Source: Mesotaenium endlicherianum (taxonomy: Eukaryota). From it: DNA of 20,000 nucleotides. The stretch lies in the NCBI GenBank assembly GCA_009602735.1, contig WELA01001729.1, positions 106,827-126,826 on the forward strand, written 5' to 3'. Of the stretch, positions 19,107 through 20,000 are shown one piece after another. Positions within the stretch are counted from its first letter, which is position 1, and each line of letters opens with the position of its first letter. The translations under genes were made by a program, and so were the position numbers. The notes beneath the pieces were generated by a model, which saw only the letters and a list, made by a program, of their open reading frames with translations, was not told where the DNA came from and did no database searches.

Positions 19107-20000
19107 AGAGAAGAATGGCTCCCACTGCAAAATTTGATGCGTCCGTAATGATGGTAAAAGGAAGCTCTGGACTTGCAATTGCCAACACAGGTGCCTGTGT
19201 CAACAGCTCCTTAATCTTCTCAAATGCTTGCTGCTCCTTGTTACCCCATAGCCACTTCTCCTGCTTCTTCAACATGTCCGTCAGCGGTGCACATACCTTG
19301 GCAAATCCTTCAATGAAACGTCGATAATATTTCGCCATGCCGAGGAAACTCCTGAGTTGATGAATTTTAGCAGGTACCGGCCAATCTCTGACTCCTTGCA
19401 CCTTCTTCTGCTCCACCTTGACTCCTTCGGCTCCCACTATGTGCCCAAGAAACTCAACCTCCTTGAGACAGAAGTTGCACTTGCTCATCTTCCCATAAAC
19501 TTCTGATCTCTCAAGACCTCCAACATCTTCCTCAGATGCTCCACATGCTCTTCCAAGGTCTTTGAATAGATCAGGATGTCGTCCAAAAATAGCACCACAA
19601 ACTGGTCCAAGTAGGGTCTGAAGATACTATGTATGAGTCCCATGAATGTTGCAGGTGCATTAGTCAATCCAAAAGGCATGACCGTGAACTCAAATAAACC
19701 ATAGCGAGTCCTGAAAGCAGTCTTCTGAACGTCTGCTTCCGCAATCCGTACCTGGTGATAGCCACTCCTCAAATCGATCTTCAAGAAATACTTCGCCCCG
19801 ACAAGCCTGTCAATTAACTCGTCCACTCGTGGAAGTGGGTACCTGTTCTTGATGGTGACCTTGTTCAGCGCCCGGTAGTTGACACACATCCTCATAGTCC
19901 CATCCTTCTTCTTCACAAATAAGACTGGTGCTGCAAATGGAGACTCGCTGGGTCGGATGAATCCCTTCTCCAACAACTCTGTCAGCTGCTTCTTCAACTC
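19107..20000 (-). pseudogene. pol: Ty3/gypsy family-2 RT to start of RNase H (second copy; runs off the window)
   Basis: [31 protein letters not shown] and TDASNFAVGAILL. 1-nt deletion frameshift near 19500. Highly similar to 1150-1896. Confidence 0.92.

Overview
Eukaryotic, plant-type nested LTR-retrotransposon cluster with no host genes. The centrepiece is an 8.8-kb Ty3/gypsy chromovirus on the minus strand (2460-11284). It has 5' and 3' LTRs, a tRNA-iMet PBS, a PPT, intact gag, and intact pol (PR-RT-RH-INT-chromodomain) apparently reached by a -1 ribosomal frameshift (U UUA AAA plus a 10-bp hairpin). Unusually, it also has an intact sense-oriented third ORF (~558 aa) in the env position that lacks env features. 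ORF3 is preceded by a TACTAAC branch point and a TGCAG|G acceptor abutting its ATG, is bracketed by two copies of the PPT, and shows mostly synonymous divergence from a decayed sister copy at 13.4-14.9 kb. It therefore looks like a selected, splice-expressed accessory gene of unknown function. The rest of the window is a third LTR of this family (1-721), scrambled plus-strand relics of the same family (11285-18841), two fragments of a second gypsy family (722-2459 and 19107-20000), a three-copy TG-starting repeat that forms a long inverted pair (16371-18233), and a 417-N assembly gap.
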